Below, in pieces: positions 1 through 28,374 of a stretch of DNA of 64,000 bases. Below the pieces are notes generated by a model. The model ran no database searches, had not been told where the DNA came from, and worked only from the letters and a program-made list of their open reading frames with translations. The DNA is from Macrostomum lignano (taxonomy: Eukaryota). Where the stretch lies: NCBI GenBank assembly GCA_002269645.1, contig NIVC01001067.1, positions 1-64,000 on the forward strand, in the 5' to 3' direction. Every line of letters begins with the position of its first letter. Position 1 is the stretch's first letter. The translations under genes were made by a program, and so were the position numbers.

Positions 1-1965
1 ATATTGCAACAACATTCAAAATACATGTATATTTGCGAATTTTAGTTTGCACAAAATGAAAAAATGTTTTTGCGCACGCAAATTATAAATGTTAATTTTG
101 CTGTAAATTCTTCGTACAATTACTTGGTCTACTACTAATATAAGTAGCAATCTAGCAAGCAGAAACATTAGAAACAACAACAGTAGCTTTATTTCAGGCG
201 CTGTGCAGCATTATAGAACAAAAAACAGTAGTGAAAAGAATGAACTTTTTCCTCGCCGTCCAATGGCTTTTATAAACAACGATATCTTACTTATGTAGCT
301 TTTGTAATAAAATTAATAAATAGGTTTATCGCGGCTATAATAAGCGTATACCGATTGCAATTAATTCTGACAGATATATGCGGCGTGTGAGCATTTCCCG
401 AGATACTGCTTTTAGCTAGAAAATATATAGTTTGCTAATCTTAACAGCTGGACTTAGGTTAATATTAATTACTTGTTCTTTTATCTGATTTAGCCAAACA
501 AAACTGGAAAACGTCGGTGCAAAACCTTATAATTTGGCGAAAATATCAACCCACAGATTTTCTATAATCCTGCTAAGAGGTTTTTTGAAACTTGTGAGAA
601 AAGTTCCACTGGGAAAAATTGTGTCCTATTTTATCTCAACACTTATAAATGATTCAGTGTGAAAGGAACTTTGGGCAACTTTCAACCAAAATGAACTCAT
701 CGTTAAAATCGGTTGAATTAAAAATCAAATATAAAACGTGACTTGATGATAAATATCTTCTGTCATTAAAAACTGGGCCGAATATCATTAAAAATATCCT
801 TTTACAACGTTTAGATAGTAAAAATAGTAACAGATAAGCAACAGATCACAGACTTGGACTGAAAACTGACCCAATAATCTGTATAACGATAATTACGATA
901 CATAATATTCTTAAATTTCGCGTCTAGAATGTTTTTTGTTTTAAACCGACAATCTGCTTGGTAAGAAACTTATAAAAGTAATGGTCGAACTTAACATTGT
1001 TTGCGTAATTAAGTAACTATTAAAACTATTAAATCAACCGATTTAAACAAAAAATACACGAACTGAATTCAGAGCATCAGCTACTCATACATCTAAATTT
1101 AATGCTTAGAAGTGCGAAAGCAGCAACTAATTAAAAAGACTTTATAAGCAGAAACAGTAATATTTTTAGGAAATCAAGCTGATTGCTCAGACGATACACG
1201 AGCGAATATGATCAACTACATTATAAATGGACAGCAAATAACGTTTCATGAGCAAGGATGAAATTAGTAACTTGGGCCTCACGTTTCAAATACACTGTAG
1301 CTATTAAAGATTCAACAAGAGCGTCGGTACATGCAAGCTATCAGGATCTACTTTGAAACTACGTACCGATCAAATATTGTACAATAAAATCAGCTCATGA
1401 AAAAATTAACAAAATTACTCGTATTTGCAGCAATTTCATTTTTGTAAAAGCAGTGCATGCTGCAAATACATTTGTAATACACTTATTTTACAAAATTGCG
1501 ACAACATTTTTAAAAAAAGCAAAGCCAAAAACCGATTTAAAGCTTGAAGCAATAATTTTTCAGCTTTCACAGACTCTAACTAATGCGTGACGATGGCGAC
1601 GGAGCTTTTAAAAGTTGTGGGGGCGATCAGAGTTGATTTTGTGAATTTACAATGCAAACAACCCAATCGACTCGTGAATAAATGGGGCATGACGTTATTA
1701 TGGGGATCATCGCAGTCGGTCGAGTGCAAAACAGCAGATTATACTCGTATTGATAACCGATGATCAATTGATATCACAATTAGCAATGATTCGATCAGAT
1801 CAAACGAACATTGAATGACGTTTTTCAGTTCGGTTATTGTCCAAAATTGGACAGGCAATTATTGGCAGTTGCTGTTGCCTCTGCTGCTGCTGTTGCTGTT
1901 GATGAGTAACTCCACTATTGTAAAGCATTGCTGGCGGAGATCCTGGCGGCTTCGGGCTTGTGGCT

Positions 1966-16215
<14,250 letters not shown>

Positions 16216-17089
16216 CTAAAAGTTGATTGAAGCAGAGCAACTTTTAAAAGTCAGTTGACAATTAATTAGAACAGGTCTTGACTGAGAGTGCAGTTACAAC
16301 TTGAACAGGTTTCAGATTGGCTTATTAGAACCAGCAAGAAACAAGAGAAGATAAGGGTTTTAGATTATTGAGCGTACTTGTCTATCGTGTAGTTTTAGAG
16401 GCAATACGACACTGCAGGACCCAGGTAGGTATATAGGTGTATGTAAAAATACGAGTAGGGGGGGGGGCAACTCCGCTTAAGACAAGGAAAGAGGGAGAAT
16501 GAAGAATCTCTTACCTAAGGCCCGGCTAATGCTGAGGTCTCTCGCAGACACGAAGGAAAGAAAGGGACAGGCAGTCAGGGAGAGAAGGCGACAGAGGGCC
16601 GGTCAGACCGCATTGCGGGGCTTTGACTTTGTAGAGATGAGGAACTATATAGGGTTAGGGATTTAAGGAAGAGGGGAAGCGAGAGACGGGATCTAGCCAA
16701 CAGCGCAGATGCGATTTGTAGGGCCTGCCCGCGACAGCTCTCCTCCAGCTATGCAAACTGCAGTGTGGGAAAATCTCCCCTCCTCCCCCTCAGCGCGGGT
16801 TGGTGTACTTTCCGCAGCAGCCGGCTAAGCTCTCGGGGGCTGCAACAGCCAGTCGGAGTGTACAGCGATCCGGGACAGACGCGAAACAGTAAAAAGAGAG
16901 GGGAAAAAGATTTTCGAGGCAATGGGATGGCAAGGGAGAAAGAAGGAAGGGGGGGGGGCAAGAAGCAGTGCCGGGAATTCTTTAGTCTGTAACTACCCCG
17001 AAGTTCCCCACATGGCGAATGGCTTTTAGTTTGTACGTGTTGCAGATCTGTTGATCTCATTGAGGGCATGAGTTAAATGGATGATCTGG

Positions 17090-18180
17090 GGTGACATTAG
17101 GGATTTGGGTGAGATTGAGGATCTGGGGGTGAGATTGAGGATCTGGAGTGAGATTAAGGATCTGGGGTGAGATTGAGGATCTGGGATTGAGATTAAGGAT
17201 CTGGGGTGAGATTGAGGATCTAAGGTGAGATTAAGGATCTGGGGTGAGATTGAGGATCTAAGGTGAGATTAAGGATCTGGGGTGAGATTGAGGATCTAAG
17301 GTGAGATTAAGGATCTGGGGTGAGATTGAGGATCTGGGATGAGATTGAGGATCTGGGATTGAGATTAAGGATCTGGGGTGAGATTGAGGATCTAAGGTGA
17401 GATTAAGGATCTGGGGTGAGATTGAGGATCTGGGGGCTGAGATTTTAGGGTCTGGGGTGCGATTGCAGAATCTGGGGTAAGATTGAGGATCTGGGGTGAG
17501 ATTAAGGATCTGGGGTGAGATTGAGGATCTAAGGTGAGATTAAGGATCTAGGGTGAGATTGAGGATCTGGGGGCTGAGATTGTAGGGTCTGGGGTGCGAT
17601 TGCAGAATCTGGGGTAAGATTGAGGATCTGGGGTGAGATTAAGGATCTGGGGTGAGATTGAGGATCTGGGGTGAGATTGAGGATCTGGAGTGGGATTAAG
17701 GATCTGGGGTGAGATTGAGGATCTGGGGTAAGATTATAGGGTCTGGGGTGAGATTGCAGAATCTGGGGTGAGATTGTAGGATCTGGGTAAGATTGAGGAT
17801 CTGGGGTGAGATTAAGGATCTGGGGTGAGATTGTAGGATCTGGGGTGAGATTGCAGAATCTATGGTGAGATTGTAGGATCTGGGAGTGAGATTGTAGGAT
17901 CTGGGATGAGATTAAGGGATCTGGGGTGAGATTGTAGGACTGGGGTGAGATTGTAGGATCTGGGAGTGAGATTGTAGGATCTGGGATGAGGTTGTAGGAT
18001 CTGGGATGAGGTTGTAGGATCTGGGATGAGGTTGTAGGATCTGGGATGAGATTGTAGGTTCTGGGGTGAGATTGTAGGAACTCGGGTGAGATTGTAGGAT
18101 CTGGGGTGAAATTGGGGATATAGGGTTAGATCGTAGGATCTGGGGTGAGATTGAGACATCTCGGGTGAGATTGAGACATC
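17090..18180. repeat. 19-bp G-rich minisatellite GGGGTGAGATTGAGGATCT
   Basis: Direct reading. Confidence 0.95.
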
Positions 18181-18593
18181 TAGCACTTTCTGCCGTAAAT
18201 TAAATCTTAAACTATATGCAGCTAGCGATAGCTGTTTTGGTCCATGTTTTGATGCAGCCATCCGTTTTGAAATCCGGCATGGGCTACCGCTCCAAGCTCG
18301 CCTAGAACCCTCCGTGACCGTACTCAATGCTCATATACGAAACAGCTTTCAATGTGGCACCCCCAGTTTGCTCTTCTCTGTCTGCTCCACCAGTGCACTC
18401 AATTTCGATACAGCAGAGCTAACGGGAGTATTGGCTACGAGCCAAAACATTCTGTATGCTCTCATTTTGTGCTTAACAACTGATCACCGCCTTATAAGCA
18501 TTGATTCGAGGACCGCACAGTCACAGTGTGACAATGCCCAATGATCTGCGATTTTTATTGAGACAGTAAAAGCATAGTATAGTGACAAAGCAA

Positions 18594-19452
<859 letters not shown>

Positions 19453-20377
19453 AAGCCGAACTAGAAAATAAAGTGTCTTGTATACGACTAAGATATAGAG
19501 GAGAAAGAGAGAAAGTGACAGAGCGAGATCAGAGTACAACACTGGCACAGGGAGGTACATAAAATGTTTACAAGTTGTTAAGAGAGAAAAGTGCCGCTGC
19601 TTTAATGACCTCCAAATCCACACGGTTTTTACCGTAGTCTGACATAGTTGACTGCTAGTACGTCGCTGTTTTATTAAGTAGGTGTTTGATAAATACTTGT
19701 GTATCACATCGGCACAATACTAGAATATAGATATACCATACGGCAAAAAATATATTTTATTCTCAACTAACAATTTTGCGTGATTCGAAGCAGCGAAATT
19801 GCTAAAGACAACTTTAGAAAAAGCTGGTTGAGAAACAGCAATCTAGTAATTAAAGAAGAATGCGTGAAATCGTCTATTTCGCAGCTGATAGAATTACCAT
19901 TTTTAGTCTGAACTGTTTGAGCTTATTTACATGACGATTCGGAGAAAGAAAATATTAATTCTGAATGGATACTAGATTCTGAAAGGTCAAACAAAACAAT
20001 TTAATTACATGTTAAAGAATCTTGGAAAATTAAAGAGAAGGCATTGACGACTTCGGCTCCTAATTATGTTTAACAGATGGATGCAACTGCTGAACGTCAG
20101 TGATGCAGTAGTTGTATAATGACTAGCATTTTTTCTGTTCGATTGTACTATTATTATTTATAGAACTTTCTAGTAGTAATGGACTAGCACACGATGCCCT
20201 CTTTAGGGGGAGGGGGCGTATGTTTGAAACCACCACTGCTTTCTTTTTAAAGACAGAGTCGGGTACAGTTAATTCATTCAAACGGGCGCAATATCTATGC
20301 ATTTAAATCAATAATGCCAAACAACCCCTGAAATCTCACCTTTCCCTTATGAAGGGAAATAATAGGGAAGAAGGGAA

Positions 20378-22140
20378 GCAACTCCCTATTGAGCCATGGC
20401 ATATCAGCAACTCCCTATTGAGCCTTGGCATCTCAGCAACTCCCTATTGAGCCATGGCATCTCAGCAACTCCCTATTGAGCCTTGGCATCTCAGCAACTC
20501 CCTATTGAGCCTTGGCATCTCAGCAACTCCTACCCTTGAGCCTTGGCATCTCAGCAACTCCTACCCTTGAGCCTTGGCATCTCAGCAACTCCCTATTGAG
20601 CCATGGCATCTCAGCAACTCCCTATTGAGCCTTGGCATCTCAGCAACTCCCTATTGAGCCTTGGCATCTCAGCAACTCCCTCTTGAGCATTGGCATCTCA
20701 GCAACTCCCTATTGAGCCATGGCATCTCAGCAACTCCCTATTGAGCCATGGCATCTCAGCAACTCCCTATTGAGCCTTGGCATCTCAGCAACTCCCTATT
20801 GAGCCTTGGCATCTCAGCAACTCCTACCCTTGAGCCTTGGCATCTCAGCAACTCCTACCCTTGAGCCTTGGCATCTCAGCAACTCCCTATTGAGCCATGG
20901 CATCTCAGCAACTCCCTATTGAGCCTTGGCATCTCAGCAACTCCCTATTGAGCCTTGGCATCTCAGCAACTCCTACCCTTGAGCCTTGGCATCTCAGCAA
21001 CTCCTACCCTTGAGCCTTGGCATCTCAGCAACTCCCTCTTGAGCCTTGGCATCTCAGTAACTCCTACCCTTGAGCCTTGGCATCTCAGCAACTCCTACCC
21101 TTGAGCCTTGGCATCTCAGCAACTCCCTCTTGAGCCTTGGCATCTCAGTAACTCCTACCCTTGAGCCTTGGCATCTCAGCAACTCCCTCTTGAGCATTGG
21201 CATCTCAGCAACTCCCTATTGAGCATTGGCATCTCAGCAACTCCCTATTGAGCATTGGCATCTCAGCAACTCCCTATTGAGCCTTGGCATCTCAGTAACT
21301 CCCTATTGAGCCATGGCATCTCAGCAACTCCCTCTTGAGCCTTGGCATCTCAGTAACTCCTACCCTTGAGCCTTGGCATCTCAGCAACTCCCTATTGAGC
21401 CTTGGCATCTCAGCAACTCCCTATTGAGCCTTGGCATCTCAGCAACTCCCTCTTGAGCCTTGGCATCTCAGTAACTCCTACCCTTGAGCCTTGGCATCTC
21501 AGCAACTCCCTCTTGAGCATTGGCATCTCAGCAACTCCCTATTGAGCATTGGCATCTCAGCAACTCCCTATTGAGCATTGGCATCTCAGCAACTCCCTAT
21601 TGAGCCTTGGCATCTCAGCAACTCCCTATTGAGCCTTGGCATCTCAGCAACTCCTACCCTTGAGCCTTGGCATCTCAGTAACTCCTACCCTTGAGCCTTG
21701 GCATCTCAGTAACTCCTACCCTTGAGCCTTGGCATCTCAGCAACTCCCTCTTGAGCCTTGGCATCTCAGTAACTCCTACCCTTGAGCCTTGGCATCTCAG
21801 CAACTCCCTCTTGAGCCTTGGCATCTCAGTAACTCCTACCCTTGAGCCTTGGCATCTCAGTAACTCCTACCCTTGAGCCTTGGCATCTCAGTAACTCCTA
21901 CCCTTGAGCCTTGGCATCTCAGTAACTCCTACCCTTGAGCCTTGGCATCTCAGTAACTCCTACCCTTGAGCCTTGGCATCTCAGCAACTCCTACCCTTGA
22001 GCCTTGGCATCTCAGTAACTCCTACCCTTGAGCCTTGGCATCTCAGCAACTCCTACCCTTGAGCCTTGGCATCTCAGTAACTCCTACCCTTGAGCCTTGG
22101 CATCTCAACAACTCCCTATTGAGCCTTGGCATCTCAGCAA
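20378..22140. repeat. 29/30-bp minisatellite GAGCCTTGGCATCTCAGCAACTCCCTATT
   Basis: Direct reading, ~60 copies. Confidence 0.97.
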
Positions 22141-23461
22141 TACCCTTGAACAGTACATTGCAGGGTAAAGTGTTAGGCCCCGGCAGCTGCTACTAATATC
22201 CGATCCATACATACGACATTAACTACCGTGCTTGTATGCCTTTGGTGGTGCAATGGCTCGCGAACCAAGCAGTTCAGTCTGGCCTTCAACACCAGAAGCC
22301 ACGAAGGCCTTCGCTAGCTTACTATCTTTCCAATAGGCCATATTCTACCCCATTCCCTTTCCCATCGGTCAAAAAGCATATTTTTTCTCGCATTCCCTCC
22401 CAGCCAACCTTACCCTTGTATATCCCCTCCTTCCTCTTCTCCTTTATCACTACACATCCCATGCCCTATAATACCTGCTTTGCACTGCCAGTTGGCATTC
22501 ATTGATTCAGTCATTCTGTCTGTCTGCCTGTCTCTGCTGCTAGCAGACTGTTATTCTTTCGAATCTAAGCCTACCTAATATATATTAATATATGTAGCTG
22601 CAATATTGAAATTGCCTGGAAAAGTTTCTTTCTTCTATAACAATTTCATAGCATAGCAAAGTATAAGCATAGAAATGTCGCTTACGAACGCAAAGCCAAA
22701 ATATTTTTTGATACAAACTGAACCTACTTTTACCGGAATTAATAAATTTCTGCGGCTTTCATATAAAAATAGCGAGGGTGAACAAAACGGAGGCCGCTAG
22801 ATTGAGAGAAGATTGAGAGAGAGAGAGGGAGGGGAAGAGTTAGAGAATTTGGCGGCGTTCATTTGCCTGATTTGGCTGCCTCTCTTGGTCTGCGTTTATT
22901 TATAGCTCAAAAAAGTAGAAAAACTCGATGTCTGCTATAATATGCGATCTTTTATATGCGTATATTTGTATATAAGCAAATGTATTATATATCTTTCCAC
23001 TCTAAACGTCAGTTTGTGTGTGTTGGAAGCCGGCAGTCCCCGGCACATTCGCCCAAAAACCCGCCGCCCCCCCACGCCGCGCCTCCAACCACCGCGGAAG
23101 TCTTTCTCCCTCGGGGCAATGGGATTTTGGAAGTCAAGAGAGAATCCAGTGAGGAAGAAGAAGAAAGAGAAGTAAGGAGAGTGGTTGGCGAGGCGAAATT
23201 GGGGCGAAAAAAGAATTGCGAAAAAGGGCGCAGATAGAATTCAGACTGGCAAAGGCGAGTCTCTCTTTCTATGCCTAGCAACTGGAATAGGATGAATAGG
23301 GCTGAAGTTTTTCTCGTTTTCTCTCCCTTTCTGGCTTTTCCCAATTCCTTCCTCTGACTTTTGCTTCCCCATTGGGTTGAAGTAGTATCTTGCATAGTAG
23401 CATAGGTAGAATATGCCTGCTGGTATGGTTGGTTTGAGGCACTCGGAGAGATAGTTAGCTT

Positions 23462-24687
23462 TCTCATTGTGTGAGGCCAGTGAACACTGACTGCCTCATT
23501 GTGTGAGGCCAGTGAACACTGACTGTCTCATTGTGTGAGGCCAGTGAACACTGACTGTCTCATTGTGAGGCCAGTGAACACTGACTATCTCACTGTGTGA
23601 GGCCAGTGAACACTGACTGTCTCATTGTGAGGCCAGTGAACACTGACTGTCTCATTGTGAGGCCAGTGAACACTGACTGTCTCATTGTGTGAGGCCAGTG
23701 AACACTGACTGTCTCATTGTGTGAGGCCAGTGAACACTGACTGTCTCATTGTGTGAGGCCAGTGAACACTGACTGTCTCATTGTGAGGCCAGTGAACACT
23801 GACTGTCTCATTGTGAGGCCAGTGAACACTGACTGTCTCATTGTGTGAGGCCAGTGAACACTGACTGTCTCATTGTGTGAGGCCAGTGAACACTGACTGT
23901 CTCATTGTGTGAGGCCAGTGAACACTGACTGTCTCATTGTGTGAGGCCAGTGAACACTGACTGTCTCATTGTGAGGCCAGTGAACACTGACTATCTCACT
24001 GTGTGAGGCCAGTGAACACTGACTGTCTCATTGTGAGGCCAGTGAACACTGACTGTCTCATTGTGAGGCCAGTGAACACTGACTGTCTCATTGTGTGAGG
24101 CCAGTGAACACTGACTGTCTCATTGTGTGAGGCCAGTGAACACTGACTGTCTCATTGTGTGAGGCCAGTGAACACTGACTGTCTCATTGTGAGGCCAGTG
24201 AACACTGACTGTCTCATTGTGAGGCCAGTGAACACTGACTGTCTCATTGTGTGAGGCCAGTGAACACTGACTGTCTCATTGTGTGAGGCCAGTGAACACT
24301 GACTGTCTCATTGTGTGAGACCAGTGAACACTGACTGCCTCATTGTGAGGCCAGTGAACACTGACTGTCTCATTGTGTGAGACCAGTGAACACTGACTGT
24401 CTCATTGTGTGTGGCCAGTGAACACTGACTGTCTCATTGTGTGAGGCCAGTGAACACTGACTGTCTCATTGTGTGAGACCAGTGAACACTGACTGCCTCA
24501 TTGTGAGGCCAGTGAACACTGACTGTCTCATTGTGTGAGACCAGTGAACACTGACTGTCTCATTGTGTGTGGCCAGTGAACACTGACTGTCTCATTGTGT
24601 GAGGCCAGTGAACACTGACTGTCTCATGGTGTGAAGCCAGTGAACACTGACTGTCTCATTGTGTGAGACCAGTGAACACTGTTCACT
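23462..24687. repeat. 30/32-bp minisatellite CATTGTGTGAGGCCAGTGAACACTGACTGTCT
   Basis: Direct reading; each unit carries CAGTG-AA-CACTG. Confidence 0.97.
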
Positions 24688-24974
24688 TACACTGTTTCAG
24701 ATCAGGTCTTTGTAAAGAATTCCGCATCTTTAATTGTTAATAATACAAAATCTATCGTTTTGAGCAAAAGACTCAATGTTTTAGTGGCTTCACTGAGCTA
24801 AAAATCAGCAAAAAAGATCATTGACCTGGTATAAATTCCTTAAGTCAGTGCTAAACCCTAATCGCATGTGCCATTTTTTTGTCTAACTTGCTATACTGAG
24901 TTGACATATGGAGGGTTTCAACAACTACATACCAAATTCAGATAGAGCATATTCAAATTGACAAATTAATTAAA

Positions 24975-25096
24975 ACTTACCTGTAGATGTTAGAATCAAC
25001 CGAATAAGGTAAAAAATCAGAAATAAAAAGATAGTGAGAGTCCGGACCCAACGCGCACAGCTAAAACAGCTCTGCGCAGACTCCTCTGCTTTTATA
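24975..25096 (-). promoter_or_regulatory. Candidate TATA box (TATAAAAGCA) plus short non-coding exon ending at a CAG|GTAAGT donor, upstream of the RhoGAP
   Basis: Minus strand TATAAAAG at 25096-25089 and a perfect donor junction at 24981/24980. Confidence 0.35.
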
Positions 25097-25434
25097 CTAT
25101 CAGCTTTTGCCTGCTCATGAAGCATGAAGCATTCACTGAGAGATCAACAAACACGCCGCTTCCCATTTGCAGATATTTTTAGTTTCTCGGGGCTAGGCTG
25201 CGCATTTTTAACTAATACGTCAGGTCATCCGCGTCATGCCGCCCCATTCTCATTCCAACGCTAAAGCAGAAAACTACAGACATTTAATAAAACTAGCTCT
25301 TTAAATATTAAATACCGAAACTACTTTGCCAATTTTATTCATTTATTGGTTTATCTACACCAACTAGTAAATCATAACCCACTACGACGAAAAGAAAAAA
25401 TTTGTAAGTAAATTCAGAGATTCCTGACTCATTC

Positions 25435-25690
25435 CTTGAGCTGTAGCATTTCAGCAACACCCCACTGAGCCTTGGCATTTCAGCAACTCCCCACTGAGCC
25501 TTGGCATTTCAGCAACTCCCCACTGAGCCTTGGCATTTCAGCAACTCCCCACTGAGCCTTGGCATTTCAGCAACTCCCCACTGAGCCTTGGCATTTCAGC
25601 AACTCCCCACTGAGCCTTGGCATTTCAGCAACTCCCCACTGAGCCTTGGCATTTCAGCAACTCCCCACTGAGCCTTGGCATCTCAGCAAC
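25435..25690. repeat. 29-bp minisatellite GAGCCTTGGCATTTCAGCAACTCCCCACT (same family as 20378-22140)
   Basis: Direct reading. Confidence 0.95.
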
Positions 25691-26364
25691 CGTCCCACCG
25701 TTGAGCCTAGGCTTTATACTGGATAACGCCTTAATTTTTTTTATTTTCTGTTCGACTAGAACTGCAATGGAAGGAAATAAAGAATCCCAGCATAATCCTA
25801 GGATCATCCGCCGAAAAAGTCTGAGAAAGTACAAGTAGTCCTGGCTCAAAATATATTGAAAACAAAAAAAGAATCGAAAATCGTCAAACGAAAGTTTCCG
25901 GCTTCACCTAGTCTGCAGTCCACGCCGGTTTTTCACATCGATTCGTCCGTCTTCTTTCAACTTCAACGGCCTGTTTTTCACTCAATCACCCCCCCCCCTC
26001 CGCTGGGTATCGCTGACTGCAGCTGCACAAGTCAAAACCGTCTCACTGCCCCCCCCCTAATGCCGAGTCCTCTATACTGCGAGCTCTCATCCCAGGCTCT
26101 TCCTTCATCTGTCCTGCTTCTCGAGGCTCCTCCTCCTCCTCCCACTCCGCCCCCTCCCCCTTCAAGCCCCCTTCGAGAGCGGCTTGCGTCAACGGCTCGA
26201 GCAGCCCGCGTGCGTCAGAGGCAGGTGGGAAAATGATACACCTGCGGCTGCGATTCTAAAATCAGGCCGGTGCTGCGATGCATTCCCCCCTTCTTTGCTT
26301 CCGACAGCGAATGATGCATAACACTGCGCGCCGGCCTTGAGTCTGTTTTTATGCTCATCAATGA

Positions 26365-26441
26365 CTCAGTTAGTCAATCAATCAATCAGTCGGCTAATCA
26401 GTCAATAAGTCAGTCTATCAATCAATCAGTCAATCAATCAG

Positions 26442-26482
<41 letters not shown>

Positions 26483-26690
26483 TAGTCAATTAGCTAATCA
26501 GTCAATCAGTAAAACACCTAAACCCACTATCCTAATTACATCAATATATGAATGGATCAACCAGTCAATCAATCAATCAGTCAATCAATCAATCAATCAG
26601 CTAATCAGTCAATCAGTCAACCACCCAAACCCACTATCCAATTACATAGGTCTATGAATGGATCAGTTAGTCAGTTAGTCAATAAACTGG
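26365..26690. repeat. (TCAA)n-rich degenerate microsatellite
   Basis: Direct reading. Confidence 0.85.
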
Positions 26691-27359
26691 CTGGTCAACT
26701 ATCCATCTGTTATAAAGCGCTCACTGAAAAGAGCACCGTGAACTGTCACTGTGAGTGAGAACTAATTACTGCTAATAATTTTTCTTTAGTGATTTTTTAA
26801 ACTAGTTTTCAATGTCTCTGTCTCTACACTAATCTGGCTCTTACTGGTACGCTCGTACAAATAGCGACCAATTCAACTAGGGCCTAATAAACTAATTGTG
26901 TAAGTAGGCTATCTAGAAAGCAATTTTTTATCATTTATTTATTTACATCATTTTTGTCATTTTGTTCTTCCTTAAGGCTATTTTTATCATAAGTCCCTGG
27001 CTAGTCGAGCATATGCACTCGGTCCCTCACGTCTGCCCCCCCCCCCCCTGCTGTGACGGCAAAGATATCGAGCACAAGGACTCGCTTCCCAGCATTTTAT
27101 TCTATTTTTAACATTCGCTAATCCACTAGCCCCTGTCTCGAAGGAAAAAATAACATTGGGTGGGTGGACAGGACTATACAAGAAAAGGTGTCTGTCGTTT
27201 CGACAGCACACTCATTGACGTCATTGAAGTTTTTTAGCCCTCCGAGCTCCTTTGCTTGTTGCTTGTTTAATCCAGAGGCGCTAAATTTAAAATGATTGCT
27301 GCCAACTGTCAATAAGTTTGGATGGGGATCCTGATTGCTTATTTGTGCTGCGTTTTTAG

Positions 27360-27700
27360 CATTAGGCATCGAGTCTACCCCCATTAGGCATCGAGTCTAC
27401 CCCCATTAGGCATCGAGTCTACCCTCATTAGGCATCGAGTCTACCCTCATTAGGCATCGGGTCTACCCTCATTAGGCATCGGGTCTACCCTCATTAAGCA
27501 TGGAGTCTACCCTCATTAGGCATCGAGTCTACCCTCATTATGCATCGAGTCCACCCTCATTAGGCATCGGGTCTACCCTCATTAGGCATCGAGTCTACCC
27601 TCATTAGGCATCGAGTCTACCCTCATTATATCAGGCATCGAGTCTACCATCATTAGACATCGAGTCTACCCTCATTAGACCTCGAGTCTACCCTCATTAG
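27360..27700. repeat. 22-bp minisatellite CATTAGGCATCGAGTCTACCCT
   Basis: Direct reading. Confidence 0.95.
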
Positions 27701-28374
27701 GCATATAGTTCTGTATATGTTTTGCAATAATTTTGCGTTCAATACAATTAGGAGTAATTAATATACTCGTAGCTGCAAATTAGGTTTTATTCTGAAAGAT
27801 TTACACTCATTGATATTTGCTAAATTATACATTTTATAATCCCTGCATGCACTCAAGTTGAACTTCATCAATAGCTATATTTATGATTTTACAACACACA
27901 ACATGGTTTACTTTGATAGCTATACACCAAAATTTTGGCCCGTTAATTCTCACTACATTTATATATTTTAATGTGTACTCATTATTTAACCATCTATATA
28001 TACATGTGGCTGTATAATTTAGGACTGTGTACCCGGAACACACTAAATGTTTAGCAAGCACAAGCAGCTTACGCATTATAGCCATATACATTAGACTGAT
28101 AGTAACCATAAAGACATGCAAGTTTTCGCGGAATTAATAGGAAGCAAAATTTTCAACTATTCGATAAATTTGCTTGCCCAGCAATTACTCAAATCGCTGT
28201 TCGACAAAGTCAATAAATAGGTTTAGTCAGTCTCTATGACTATAGATACATTTTAAATTTAGGCCACCCTATTCTATTAATGTTACTTATACAGTAGAAC
28301 TTTGGGTCATGAATATGTTTCTGAAATAGATTATTTTATATCCAGGAGTAGTTATGCTCTTTTAATAAATTGCC

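Noticed and set aside
16490-16530. Donor TTAG|GTAAGA with the right phase for the RhoGAP 5' exon
   Set aside because: No ATG or convincing acceptor in frame upstream; cannot be assigned.
16648-16662. AGGGTTAGGG telomere-like motif
   Set aside because: Fewer than two full units; chance.
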